Virus record (IMG/VR): IMGVR_UViG_3300030294_000015
Span: 30,153 to 94,152 of that record
DNA from: a virus
Length of the DNA: 64,000 nucleotides
Reading direction: 5' to 3' (one strand)
The notes beneath the pieces are model-generated. The model was not told where the DNA came from, made no database searches, and was given only the letters and a program-made list of their open reading frames with translations. This document shows positions 10,451 through 21,194 of this stretch, one piece after another (position 1 is the stretch's first letter; each line of letters opens with the position of its first letter). The translations under genes and the position numbers were made by a program.

Positions 10451-12472
10451 ATGTGTCTGAATATGGCTAAATTTGATGATATAGAATCAAGATTATATAA
10501 TCTAAAACTTGGTAATCCTGTTCAAGAATCTATAGATATTGAGTATATATACTCGGGAATTAATAGAGATAATATCGTTAATATTATGTCTAAAATAACA
10601 CCTAATCAAATAAATACAAGTAATTTATTAGAGAATTGTTGTACTAAAATTTTAAAATATGATTTTACTAATAAAGAAAAGAAAATTGTATCTGAATCTT
10701 TATATAGAATACTACCTTATGTACCTAAGATTAAAAAGTATAAAGATTTAATAACAGAAGTATCTAATAGAATTGAAAATAATTTGATAGATAAAAATAT
10801 TAAAACATTTATAGAATGCGATCGTATAATAAATAATCAAGAAAAATTAGAAGAATATTCTAATTTTAGTTCTATTTTTGAAAGTTATTATGCTCATAAT
10901 GATATAGAAAGAGTTGTTATTGAATCTTGTGATATTATTAATTCTTATAAAATGATTCCTGAATTAAAATTAAATGTAGCTCTAGAGAATACTATATATA
11001 ATATGGATAAGACTAAACAGAAATATAATAAGAAAGAATTAGTAAATCTTATATATGAATATTTTTGTATAAATGCAAATCCAGAAATATGTAAAAATAT
11101 TATTAAAGAATCTTCTATAGAATTAAGTGATATTGATATTAAATCAATAATAGAAGGAAATACTGGTAATAATATAGATCAGAAATTTAAAGAATTAATA
11201 AGAAGTGGTAAAGCTAACAAGAGTACAACAGAATCATTAATAAAGAAAATATATATAGAAAATGATAAAAATATTGTAGAAGATTTACCTACTTTATTAA
11301 GATGGTTAAGAATAGGTGCTATTCTTGGGATAGCTGCTTATAATCTACCAGTAGGATTTATTTTATTATTAGCAGATCATATAATATCTATTAGAGTAAA
11401 TAGATCACAGATTGAAAAAAGTATCAAAATATATAAAAAAGAAAAAGGAAAGATAGAAGATAAAAAATATTCTGTATCTAATCCTAATACTATCAAAAAA
11501 TATAATGAATTAGATAAAGAATATGAAAAGTCTATAGAAAAATTAGAAACTTATAGAGATTCATTATATAGTGATAAAGAAAATGATGATAGATTGATGA
11601 ATGAGTATTGTGATGATATTATTAAAGCAAAGTCCTATATTCTTACTTTATCAAAAACCATTACAAATTATTGTAAAAATAATGACATAAAGAATCTTAT
11701 AACAGAATATATATCAGATATATCTGATATAGAGGAAAGTACTATTCTATTTGAATCTTTAGATAATTCAAAATTAATTGCAAAAAATATTATTAATATA
11801 AAAGATATATCTCAATATTTAGATAAACCTAAAATAGCAGGTTCTTTAACTTCAGACATTAGTAAATTTAATAAAGGTACAGATGCTAATGCAAATGAAC
11901 TAGAATTTGATGATTCTGTAGAAGAGATGGTTTATTTTAATGGTATTTATAATGCTTTATCTGAGAATACATTTACAGCTAAAGCTAAATTATTAGCTAT
12001 AAATGCTAAGAAGAAAGTAGAAGGGTTATCAGATAAAGAAAAAATGATTTCAAAAGAAATAGATGATACTTTTAATAGAGTAAAAGATAAATTAGATGAG
12101 CAAACAACAAATAAAAATAGAGAGGCTGTCGTTAGAGGTACAATATTACCTTCTATGTCATCATTAATTAAACTTGTTTTAGGTTCTTATGTAGTAGGAA
12201 CTATTGTAACTCCATTATTAGGTGTAATAGGATTTGTAGGAATGATAGCTTTATCTAAAAGATCTACTGATGAAGAACGTAGATATATATTAGATGAAAT
12301 TGATGTACAACTAGACGTAGTGGATAAGAAAATATCAATGGCAGAGAATAAAAACGATATGAAATCTTATGAGCAATTATTAAGAATACAAAAGAAACTA
12401 AAACAAGAAAAACAAAGAATAATATATAAAAAAGGTGCTAGAAATATATATCATAGTCCAACAAAAGATTGA
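10451..12472 (+). CDS. Virion head-associated protein with many putative xxE|S/G processing sites and two hydrophobic segments
   Basis: Head operon position; VQES, VSES, IFES, VIES, IKES, LFES sites. Start may be ATG 10463. Confidence 0.6.
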   Translation: MCLNMAKFDDIESRLYNLKLGNPVQESIDIEYIYSGINRDNIVNIMSKITPNQINTSNLLENCCTKILKYDFTNKEKKIVSESLYRILPYVPKIKKYKDLITEVSNRIENNLIDKNIKTFIECDRIINNQEKLEEYSNFSSIFESYYAHNDIERVVIESCDIINSYKMIPELKLNVALENTIYNMDKTKQKYNKKELVNLIYEYFCINANPEICKNIIKESSIELSDIDIKSIIEGNTGNNIDQKFKELIRSGKANKSTTESLIKKIYIENDKNIVEDLPTLLRWLRIGAILGIAAYNLPVGFILLLADHIISIRVNRSQIEKSIKIYKKEKGKIEDKKYSVSNPNTIKKYNELDKEYEKSIEKLETYRDSLYSDKENDDRLMNEYCDDIIKAKSYILTLSKTITNYCKNNDIKNLITEYISDISDIEESTILFESLDNSKLIAKNIINIKDISQYLDKPKIAGSLTSDISKFNKGTDANANELEFDDSVEEMVYFNGIYNALSENTFTAKAKLLAINAKKKVEGLSDKEKMISKEIDDTFNRVKDKLDEQTTNKNREAVVRGTILPSMSSLIKLVLGSYVVGTIVTPLLGVIGFVGMIALSKRSTDEERRYILDEIDVQLDVVDKKISMAENKNDMKSYEQLLRIQKKLKQEKQRIIYKKGARNIYHSPTKD

Positions 12473-12491
12473 TATAAGGAGGTAATAATAT

Positions 12492-13490
12492 ATGGGTTTT
12501 TATAGAAGTCTACTACATGAAGTTAAACGTAGTAATCCTAATGGTAAAGAAGAAGATTTAGATGATGTAAATGAAAATGATGATACCAATTATGATCTAG
12601 GAACTGAAACTGATAAATCTAATGATGATGAACATGATATTCAAGATGGTGCTAATGATTATGATTTAGATAATGAAATGAATCAAGATGATGACACACC
12701 AGATACAACCGAAAATCAAGACACATCTAATAATCAAGATGATGATATACCAGAAAATGACACTGATCCAGAACATGATGTAAATGATAGTAGTACTAAT
12801 TATGATTTAGGATCTGAAATGGATTCAGATGGTGGTTCTAATCCTGAAAATAATAATGATTCGGAAGATAACAATAATGATGATATGGAAATGAATGATA
12901 ATAACGCTCCAACTGATATACCAGAAAATGATACTGATCCAGAACATGATGTAAATGATGATACTAACGATTATGATTTAGGATCTGAAATGGATTCAGA
13001 TGGTGGTTCTAATCCTGATGCTGGAAATGACACTAATAATGATAGTGAAAATTTTGGTGACAATAATGTAGATTCATCTGGAATGTCAGATACTTCCACT
13101 GATGATCAAAATACTGATCCAGATGCTAAAATAAAAGAAATAGAGAATATTATTGGAACATTGAACCCAGAACAATTAAAACTTCAAAATGTAAATTTGA
13201 AGAAGCAATATATTGAACTATATAATAATTGTGGTAATATAATACAACGTTTAAATGATGTAAATAAAAATAGCGAGACTGAGGGTGAAATTACTTTTGC
13301 TATTCAAAGCATACAGGATTTAAAAAAGATTATATTTGATTATCTAATTAATACATATGATACAAAGACATATGTACAAAATTCAGTTAATTACACAGAA
13401 TATTTAGTCACTCTTAATTCAGTACATAATCTTTTAAAAGAGATTAATGGTAAGAATGATAAACAAAATAAAAATAATGTTAATAAGTAA
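12492..13490 (+). CDS. Highly acidic protein with C-terminal helical domain; candidate scaffold/core protein
   Basis: D/N/E-rich low-complexity region directly upstream of the capsid gene. Confidence 0.5.
   Translation: MGFYRSLLHEVKRSNPNGKEEDLDDVNENDDTNYDLGTETDKSNDDEHDIQDGANDYDLDNEMNQDDDTPDTTENQDTSNNQDDDIPENDTDPEHDVNDSSTNYDLGSEMDSDGGSNPENNNDSEDNNNDDMEMNDNNAPTDIPENDTDPEHDVNDDTNDYDLGSEMDSDGGSNPDAGNDTNNDSENFGDNNVDSSGMSDTSTDDQNTDPDAKIKEIENIIGTLNPEQLKLQNVNLKKQYIELYNNCGNIIQRLNDVNKNSETEGEITFAIQSIQDLKKIIFDYLINTYDTKTYVQNSVNYTEYLVTLNSVHNLLKEINGKNDKQNKNNVNK
12744..13019 (+). repeat. About 105-bp intragenic direct repeat (approx. 12744-12847 and 12915-13018)
   Basis: DIPENDTDPEHDVND..NYDLGSEMDSDGGSNP encoded twice, near-identical DNA. 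Confidence 0.9.
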
Positions 13491-13563
13491 TTTATTTTTT
13501 AATTTTATTACTGAATTGTTGAACTATAAAATAATATTATAATATTTAAAGGAGGTCATAATT

Positions 13564-15498
13564 ATGGCTACAGGAGGAACTAGAAAAAAGGATAACTACG
13601 CAGATGGGTACGAAAATAGCTCGTATGCTGGGTTATGTGAAGAATATAGTACATTAGCTAAAGATATAAGGGCACACGAAGGTTGTGATTTATTTGGACA
13701 ACCAGCTTTAGCGTTAAATAATCCAAACGTTGTTGCATCATTAGAAAATTTTTGGTTGAAGGACTCTTATGATCCAGTGTTATATGATGGAACTCATGGA
13801 AAAACATACAACCAAAGAGCTTTACAAGAACATATTTCAGATATGAAAGAATTATTTAAAAACGACGTAGAGGCTATCACAGAGTATACAGCAATGAACT
13901 CTGTAAATCCAATTGTTACTACTGGTCTTCCAATGCATAAATTAATTATGCTTAAAAATATTTTTAAACAAGGTATTATTCAAACTAATGTTGCTGTTGA
14001 ACCAAGATTTACAATTAAGATGCAACATAGATATTTGGTAAAGCCTGATGGAACTGCTCTTGATTTAGTATTAGATCAAGATAAGATTACAGATGCATTT
14101 AATTCAATAAATCCAGTTAGAACCATTACATTAGATTTTACTGGAAACATTTGTAATACAGCTTCATTAGCATCTGGTTCAAGATTGGTTGAACAATGTG
14201 GTGGTATATTAGGTAGAGACAATTTAAATACAGATTTAGCTATTACAGCTATTTATGTTGAAATGCCTACAACAGTTGCTACCACTTTAGCAGAAACTGC
14301 AACTGTTAATGTATCTCAAGGTGCTGGTAGTACATATCCAGATAAAGGAAGTGATACTGCTGTAACTGATGGTTCTACTTCTGGTGAATGGGGGCAAGGT
14401 AGTTATAATGTAGGTGCTACTTCTGGTGGATATACTGGTGTTAAACCTGCTGCTCCAGCTCCTACTACAACAGAAACAACTATTGTTAAATTAAAAAAGA
14501 ACATTATGTTTACACCTCAATATGGTCCAAACAATGTTCAAGGATTTACTCAAATTGTAGATCTTTCTGCATACTTACCAGGAGTAAATGAAATGATTTC
14601 TGGTACATTAGTAAATAACGAAATTATGCTTACAAGTGGAACAGGATATATTAAGAAAGTAGATATTAGGGTTCAATTAGATCCTTCTAATGCTATGCTT
14701 TCAACATGTAAAGCTAAATGGGGACATGATGAAACTTATGTTGTAATCCCAAATAGAAATCCAATGAATATTCCTATCTCTCCTGAAGAAGTAAAGGATA
14801 TTCAAGCTATGTATGGTGTAAGTCAATTATCTATGTATATGAGTATTATAAATGATGTACTTGGAAATGTTAAAGATGATACTATAAGAAGAGAATTATA
14901 TGCTTCTTATGATAGTATGCCATCATCTGAAAGAAGATATAGTTGGTTTGACTTTGAACCAAGAGAAGGATATAACAGAGATCATGTAAGTTGGAGATAT
15001 GCTTCATTTATGGATCTATTTGATACATTTGTAACTTCATTACTTTATATATTAAATGATGAAGATGTTACTGTATCTGTATTTGGTAGACCTGATATAA
15101 TCAGAAAGATTACTCCTACTGATTATAGTTATCAAGCTCCTTCTTCAGTAGGACCTGTTGATCTTGAATTTACAAGAACTATAGCTACTTCTGATAACAG
15201 AGTATATAACTTTATTAGTTCTCAAAAATTAGGAAATAGTAATGATTTAACAGTTATACTAAATCCGAATAATAGTGAAAGAATAATCTATAGAGTGTAT
15301 GATTATCAATTCTATATTTCTAATGAAATTAGAAATGCAGAGAACTATACATTACCTGGAATTCATGCGTTTGAAAGATTCAAATTTATGGAATACCAAC
15401 CAGTACAAGGTAAATTTAGAATATTCAATCCATCAGGTAGAAATGATCAAAATAGTAAATACACTGATCAAATTAAAGATTTAGCTGGAATAGAATAA
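13564..15498 (+). CDS. Major capsid protein precursor
   Basis: 644 aa, own late promoter (13522-13533), strong RBS, terminator at 15506-15533, near the protease and an acidic scaffold candidate; general resemblance to AR9-type capsid proteins. Confidence 0.75.
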   Translation: MATGGTRKKDNYADGYENSSYAGLCEEYSTLAKDIRAHEGCDLFGQPALALNNPNVVASLENFWLKDSYDPVLYDGTHGKTYNQRALQEHISDMKELFKNDVEAITEYTAMNSVNPIVTTGLPMHKLIMLKNIFKQGIIQTNVAVEPRFTIKMQHRYLVKPDGTALDLVLDQDKITDAFNSINPVRTITLDFTGNICNTASLASGSRLVEQCGGILGRDNLNTDLAITAIYVEMPTTVATTLAETATVNVSQGAGSTYPDKGSDTAVTDGSTSGEWGQGSYNVGATSGGYTGVKPAAPAPTTTETTIVKLKKNIMFTPQYGPNNVQGFTQIVDLSAYLPGVNEMISGTLVNNEIMLTSGTGYIKKVDIRVQLDPSNAMLSTCKAKWGHDETYVVIPNRNPMNIPISPEEVKDIQAMYGVSQLSMYMSIINDVLGNVKDDTIRRELYASYDSMPSSERRYSWFDFEPREGYNRDHVSWRYASFMDLFDTFVTSLLYILNDEDVTVSVFGRPDIIRKITPTDYSYQAPSSVGPVDLEFTRTIATSDNRVYNFISSQKLGNSNDLTVILNPNNSERIIYRVYDYQFYISNEIRNAENYTLPGIHAFERFKFMEYQPVQGKFRIFNPSGRNDQNSKYTDQIKDLAGIE

Positions 15499-15561
15499 TA
15501 TATTTCTACAGCAACTTAATTGTTGCTGTAGATTTTAATGTTATATAAGGAGGATATATGT

Positions 15562-16722
15562 ATGATAACAAAACAAAAATACTTTACTTATGATTTTAGT
15601 AAACTTGACACTCTTATGTCTAAACTAAAAGATGATCATTCTACACATATTTTAAATGATATTAAAGATGAATTAAACAGATTCTTTAATGATGCTAAAT
15701 GTATTAATGTATTATTCAATATCAATACAGACAAATTGTTTTTTGGAATGTGTGTTATGCCTGTATTAAGAGATGATGATATAGATAATATAATTAAAGG
15801 AACTGATATAAAGGTAAGAATAGCTAGTTATTATGTAGAGATAGATTCTAAATTACTAGAACTAAATCTTTCATCAAGAGAACTAACTGCTTGCTTATTA
15901 CATGAAGTAGGTCATGTAATAAATGATACATCTGGTACAGAAAAAATTAAAAATGCAGTATCTGTATATTTGGCTCAGAAAGATAAAAATCTTAGAGAAA
16001 ATATGGATAAAGATAGAGAGATATATAGAATGGGTATAGAGACAGGTATATCTAAATTAAATAGTATTTTCGGAATAGATGATGAAGAAATTATTGCAGA
16101 TTCATTTGTTGTAGCATGTGGCTATGGCGATGAATTAAGTAATGCATATAAGAAGATATTAAGTTCTACTGGAAAATTAAACAAGGGAGTAAAGAATAAA
16201 TTAATCACTTTACAATGGACTTTATCATTAATATTACATATGAAAGCAAGTAGACTACCTGCATTACATTCTTTAAAAATGTCTGAGAAAGTAGAACCAT
16301 CTATTCTAATAAAAAATTCTATATCTCATACAGTAGCTGAAATTTCAAAATATGGTCTTCAAAGTAATAATGAAGGTGCATTAATAGATAAGATTAGTGG
16401 ATTCTTTGATGATGTTTCATATAGAGATATACGTCAATTAGAAGATGAATTGTATGAGTATAATATTAGAGTAAAGAATTGTGAACAAGAGGATGATGCA
16501 TTAATTCTTACTAGAGAATTAAATAGTAGAATTTCTATATTAGATGATTTAATGCTTAGTAAGAAATTAAATGATGGTAATTTTAAAAAATGCTCTGATT
16601 TGAAAAATAGATATATATATGTAAGGAAACAACTTACTGATAAGAAATTATATTCAGGGAAATACCTTGGAATCTTTCAATGGGAGAATACTACTAAAGG
16701 ACAACAAAATCCTTATTTATAA
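15562..16722 (+). CDS. Zinc metallopeptidase-like (HExxH) virion protein
   Basis: ELTACLLHEVGHV plus downstream EEIIADSF..ACGYG; RBS favours ATG 15562. Confidence 0.75.
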   Translation: MITKQKYFTYDFSKLDTLMSKLKDDHSTHILNDIKDELNRFFNDAKCINVLFNINTDKLFFGMCVMPVLRDDDIDNIIKGTDIKVRIASYYVEIDSKLLELNLSSRELTACLLHEVGHVINDTSGTEKIKNAVSVYLAQKDKNLRENMDKDREIYRMGIETGISKLNSIFGIDDEEIIADSFVVACGYGDELSNAYKKILSSTGKLNKGVKNKLITLQWTLSLILHMKASRLPALHSLKMSEKVEPSILIKNSISHTVAEISKYGLQSNNEGALIDKISGFFDDVSYRDIRQLEDELYEYNIRVKNCEQEDDALILTRELNSRISILDDLMLSKKLNDGNFKKCSDLKNRYIYVRKQLTDKKLYSGKYLGIFQWENTTKGQQNPYL

Positions 16723-16789
16723 ATTAATAGATAATGTATATTATAAATATGATAGATAACAGAATTTCTGTTATCTATATTTTAAAATT

Positions 16790-17718
16790 ATGGAGGTATA
16801 TAATATGAAAAACTTTATGACAAGAGGTGAAATTGTAGATCAGAATTATTTAAGAGAGTTACAAGAAAAAATAGATTTTGAATCTACCTTGCCAGAAAAG
16901 AAAATATTTATGACGAGAAGCCAGATTCCAGAAAAAACACATCCATTAATTGGATTTAACACAATTACAAATTTTGGTACATATATGGAGGTGATTAAGT
17001 ATAATAATTGTTTTGATATGGATGTTATCATGATAAATTTATTAAGTAATGGAGATATAAAATATACAACAAAAAATATAAGAACTTCATATATTAAAAA
17101 AGGAAATATAATGTCTCTATATGATAAATCATGTTATAATACTGGGTATATCGGAGAAGGTCATTATTCTTTTAAAAGTAATGAAAATATGCATAAAAGT
17201 TGGGTTCATATAATGGAAAGAGGATATGACTCTAAATTAAAAGAAAAATACAATACATATAAAAATGTAACTGTAGATCCTTATTTTCATAATTTACAAA
17301 ATTTTGGAAAATGGTATGATGAAAATTATTATGAATTTGAGGGAGAAACTATGTGTTTAGACAAAGATATATTAATTAAAGGTAATAAAATATACAGTCC
17401 TAATACATGTTGTTTTGTTCCACAATACATAAATGTATTGTTTACTAAATGTGATAAAACACGTGGTGATTTACCATTGGGAGTTACACAAAAATATAAA
17501 AAATATTATTCACATATTAGTATAAAAAATGAGAATCAAAAAATAGGTGGTTTTGATATACCAGAAGAAGCTTTTTATGCTTATAAAGAAGCTAAAGAAA
17601 CTGAAATTAAAAGAATAGCTGATTATTATCTTTATGAAAAGGAGGAATCTATATACCACAATATAGAGATATAGTTTATCCTGCGATGCTTAGATATAAA
17701 GTAGAAATAACAGATTAG
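16790..17718 (+). CDS. Free-standing HNH-family homing endonuclease; frameshift near 17640 alters the C-terminus (ORF track 16790..17674)
   Basis: LDKDILIKGNKIYSPNTCCFVPQYIN motif and AP2-like GGFDIPEEAFYAY; family-typical end YKVEITD lies in another frame ending 17718. Confidence 0.8.
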
Positions 17719-17784
17719 AAAATAATAGAAAATTAATTTTCTATAAACTATAAAGTATATAATATAATTTGAGGAGGAATATAT

Positions 17785-18570
17785 ATGTCATTAAACGACG
17801 CTGGAAATTATAATAATAATAAAGATAGGGATTATAGAGTGACTGTCTATAGTTCAAATACATTTAGTAATGTTGATAGTACAATAGAAAAATCAAAATT
17901 AACTTATACATTTTGGAAGGGTTTATTAAAAATATCTATAGCACCAATGATTCCAAGTAATGATGATTCAGTAAATTTTGATTATAAAAAAGAAAGTTCT
18001 ATTTATCTTTCACCAATGCTTGCTTCTATGGGTTATAAAAAATTTAAAGAATTTATGGAAAATCCAGATAAATTTGAATCTAGAAGTATTCCAACTAGAA
18101 GTGGTGCATTAATTAAATTATGTAAAGGAGAACAATATGGTATTAAAGGACATGTATTGGTTATTGAGAAAATAGGAGAAGATGGATCTATTATAGGAGG
18201 TCATTTATACGAATTTAATACAGATAAGTATTATGGTATAGATAATATAAATGAAGATGATTTTAGTTTTGATAAATCATATTATAAAGATCTTGAGATA
18301 GATTTCTTATTACTAACATTAAAATCATTTTATGAATATTCTGTTGGATCGTCTGCTTACTTTAATATGGATTATAATAGATTTGAACAATCTAGATTAA
18401 CAGGTAAATTGAATAAAATAGGAATTGCTCTCAATATAGAAGATAAGTCTGGGTATAATAAAGGATATGGTGGAAGTAAAAATAGTCCTTTTGAATCTAA
18501 TAAGAATAATAACTCTTCATCAAATAATGATGAATATTCTTATAATGATATAGAAGAACAACTTGAATAA
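17785..18570 (+). CDS. Hypothetical protein, candidate ssDNA-binding protein
   Basis: Beta-rich core, N/S/G-rich linker and acidic C-terminal tip (YNDIEEQLE). Confidence 0.4.
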   Translation: MSLNDAGNYNNNKDRDYRVTVYSSNTFSNVDSTIEKSKLTYTFWKGLLKISIAPMIPSNDDSVNFDYKKESSIYLSPMLASMGYKKFKEFMENPDKFESRSIPTRSGALIKLCKGEQYGIKGHVLVIEKIGEDGSIIGGHLYEFNTDKYYGIDNINEDDFSFDKSYYKDLEIDFLLLTLKSFYEYSVGSSAYFNMDYNRFEQSRLTGKLNKIGIALNIEDKSGYNKGYGGSKNSPFESNKNNNSSSNNDEYSYNDIEEQLE

Positions 18571-18618
18571 ATTAATTTAAAAGGGAATTTATACTTCCCT
18601 TTTATTTTTTCTTGTGAG

Positions 18619-19215
18619 GTGAAAATTTTGCAAAAAGTGTTATTTTCATTTAGTCTAATATTTGATATTGAATATGGTTTATATAAACATATTATGAATG
18701 AATATGATGAGAATTACTTTAAATTTAAATTTAAAGATGATATTTATTTAAAGAATATAATTATGTTTAGAGACAAACCAAATCCTTTATCAAAGATATG
18801 TACAAAATTGACTAAAGATAATATAGATGATATATATGAAGATATAATGAAAAATGAATATGATAAAGTATTAGAAAATGTTATAAGCACAGATTTGATA
18901 GATTACATATCAATTCTAAAAGGTACTAATAGATATGAACCTAATATATTATGTAAAAATAAACAAGAAGAACAAATATGTAAACAGAATGATCTTATAC
19001 CAATCTATAATATCGATAATGAATGGGAAATTTTTTCCAAAGAATTTTATTCATTATATTTTAGATATTTTGATGAAATCGATATAACAGAGATAGATGG
19101 AATGAATATATACTTTTCAAATACATTATATAATATAATAAACAAAAAACAGTTAATATCTATAAATAATATAATAAGATTTATAGATTTATATACAATT
19201 AAAAAACCAATTTAG
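18619..19215 (+). CDS. Hypothetical protein, possibly degenerate HAD fold
   Basis: ORF is clear; VLFSFSLIFDIEYGL resembles HAD motif I without the catalytic Asp. Confidence 0.5.
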   Translation: MKILQKVLFSFSLIFDIEYGLYKHIMNEYDENYFKFKFKDDIYLKNIIMFRDKPNPLSKICTKLTKDNIDDIYEDIMKNEYDKVLENVISTDLIDYISILKGTNRYEPNILCKNKQEEQICKQNDLIPIYNIDNEWEIFSKEFYSLYFRYFDEIDITEIDGMNIYFSNTLYNIINKKQLISINNIIRFIDLYTIKKPI

Positions 19216-19228
19216 GAGGAATAATAAA

Positions 19229-21130
19229 ATGAAAATTGTAAAGAATAATGTTATTAATAAGGAAGCAACTAGATTATTTCAATCTGAAACTTTAAAAGGA
19301 TTAGCTGAGTCTATCTTAACATCTGCTGGACCTATGGGTTCATTGTCCAAGATAATACTTCACATGGCTCAAGATCCAAATAGCCCAAATAGAAATAGAC
19401 CTATAGTAAAGTATACAAAGGATGGACATAGTATACTAAGTTATATAACTCATTGTGATAATGGTTTATTATGTAATTCAGTAGCAAATGATACATATGA
19501 TGTAACCGCTTATGTAAAAAAGAAAACAGGTGATGGATCTACAGGAGCAGTTAATATGGCTTCTTTAATATTTGATAATCTTATAGAAATTGAAACAGAA
19601 ACAAAACTACCTCCTAGAGAAATTATGAAACAATTTGGACAAGCTGTAGACTTAATTTCAGAAAAGATTAAATCTTATGCTATACCTTTTACATCTGATG
19701 AAGCTTATAATATAGCTTATATATCTTCAAATGGTGATGAAGAAATAGCTTTAAATATTAAACAAATTTATGAAGAATTTGGTAATGATGTATTTATTGA
19801 TGTAGATATATCAACAGATGAAATTAGTAGAATGAAAATATTAGATGGTATGAGTATTAATACTGGATTTAATAGTCCTGCTTATATAAACAATCAACAA
19901 AAAGGAACTGCTAATATTCAAAAGCCTAGAATTTACTATTTTAGAAATACAATTGATACACCAGAACAAATTGAATTGTTAGCTTCTATTATAATGAATA
20001 ATATTCTAACACCATATCATACAAGACAACTACAAAATGTAAAGCCTACTGTTATTTTAGCACCACATTTAGCTAATGATACTTTGGTTGAATTAAATGA
20101 AGTAATTAAATTAATGAATATGTATAATAGTCCTGAATTAATTGCTAATAAACCACCATTACTTGTAGTTACAAATATCAATGCAGATGAAGCTACAGAT
20201 GATATTGCTCAATTATGTGGATGTCCTATAATAAGAAAGTATCAATCTACAGAACAAAGAGATAAAGATAGATCAGAAGGAAAAGCTCCTACATCAACAA
20301 CTATAACTGAAGAATGGTATGGAACTGCTGATGTAGTCGAATCTGATGCTGTATCAACTAAGTTTATAAATCCTAAATTAAAATTCTCTACAAAAGGAAA
20401 AGAAAGAAAAAGAATTTGTGAACAAAATAGAGAAAAATTTGTTTCAGAAGAAGATGATGATGAATCTGTGGATAGTTCAGAATTCAAAGCACTAGTATCT
20501 TCATTAGAAGCAATGTTAAAAAAAGAAAAGAATGAAAATGCTACAATAGATATAATTGGTAGATTAGAAAGAAGAATAAAGTCACTAAAATCTAAAGTTG
20601 TTATATACCAAGTTGGTGGTATAAGCGTAACTAAAAGAGATTCAGTACAAGATTTAGTTTGGGATTCTGTTAAGAATTGTAGATCTGCTGTTAAATCTGG
20701 TGTTGGTTATGGATGTAATATGGAAGGATATTTTGCATGTAGAGAACTTCTAGAAAGACCAACAGAATTAGATTTATCAGAAACAAATGTGAAGTTTATA
20801 GAAATGGTATTTGATTCTTATAGATCATATATTACTAAATTATATATGTTCTCATTTGGTATCGAACAAGAAGATGCAGAACAATTATTAGATACTAATT
20901 CTAGAGATAGTATTATAGACATAGCTAAAGGATATAATGAAGGGGATGTTGAGTACAGTGATTCTATTAAATCATCTATAGATACTGATGTAGTTGTATT
21001 AGAAGCTATTTCTAAAATAGTATCATTAATGATGACATCTGCACAAACTATAATTCCAGATCCAATGTTAGACTCATATACTTCAACTGCTGAAACAATA
21101 CTTAAAAATAGATTAGTTCAAAATGTATAA
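19229..21130 (+). CDS. groEL: Phage-encoded GroEL-like chaperonin
   Basis: SAGPMG, TKDGHSIL, TGDGSTGA, VGYGCN, SIDTDVVVLEA correspond to Cpn60 motifs TLGPKG, TKDGVTV, AGDGTTT, VxGGG. Confidence 0.9.
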   Translation: MKIVKNNVINKEATRLFQSETLKGLAESILTSAGPMGSLSKIILHMAQDPNSPNRNRPIVKYTKDGHSILSYITHCDNGLLCNSVANDTYDVTAYVKKKTGDGSTGAVNMASLIFDNLIEIETETKLPPREIMKQFGQAVDLISEKIKSYAIPFTSDEAYNIAYISSNGDEEIALNIKQIYEEFGNDVFIDVDISTDEISRMKILDGMSINTGFNSPAYINNQQKGTANIQKPRIYYFRNTIDTPEQIELLASIIMNNILTPYHTRQLQNVKPTVILAPHLANDTLVELNEVIKLMNMYNSPELIANKPPLLVVTNINADEATDDIAQLCGCPIIRKYQSTEQRDKDRSEGKAPTSTTITEEWYGTADVVESDAVSTKFINPKLKFSTKGKERKRICEQNREKFVSEEDDDESVDSSEFKALVSSLEAMLKKEKNENATIDIIGRLERRIKSLKSKVVIYQVGGISVTKRDSVQDLVWDSVKNCRSAVKSGVGYGCNMEGYFACRELLERPTELDLSETNVKFIEMVFDSYRSYITKLYMFSFGIEQEDAEQLLDTNSRDSIIDIAKGYNEGDVEYSDSIKSSIDTDVVVLEAISKIVSLMMTSAQTIIPDPMLDSYTSTAETILKNRLVQNV

Positions 21131-21194
21131 TAACAAATAAAATAATACCGATGGATTTAATTTCCATCGGTAATTTTTATAAGGAGTTGATATA

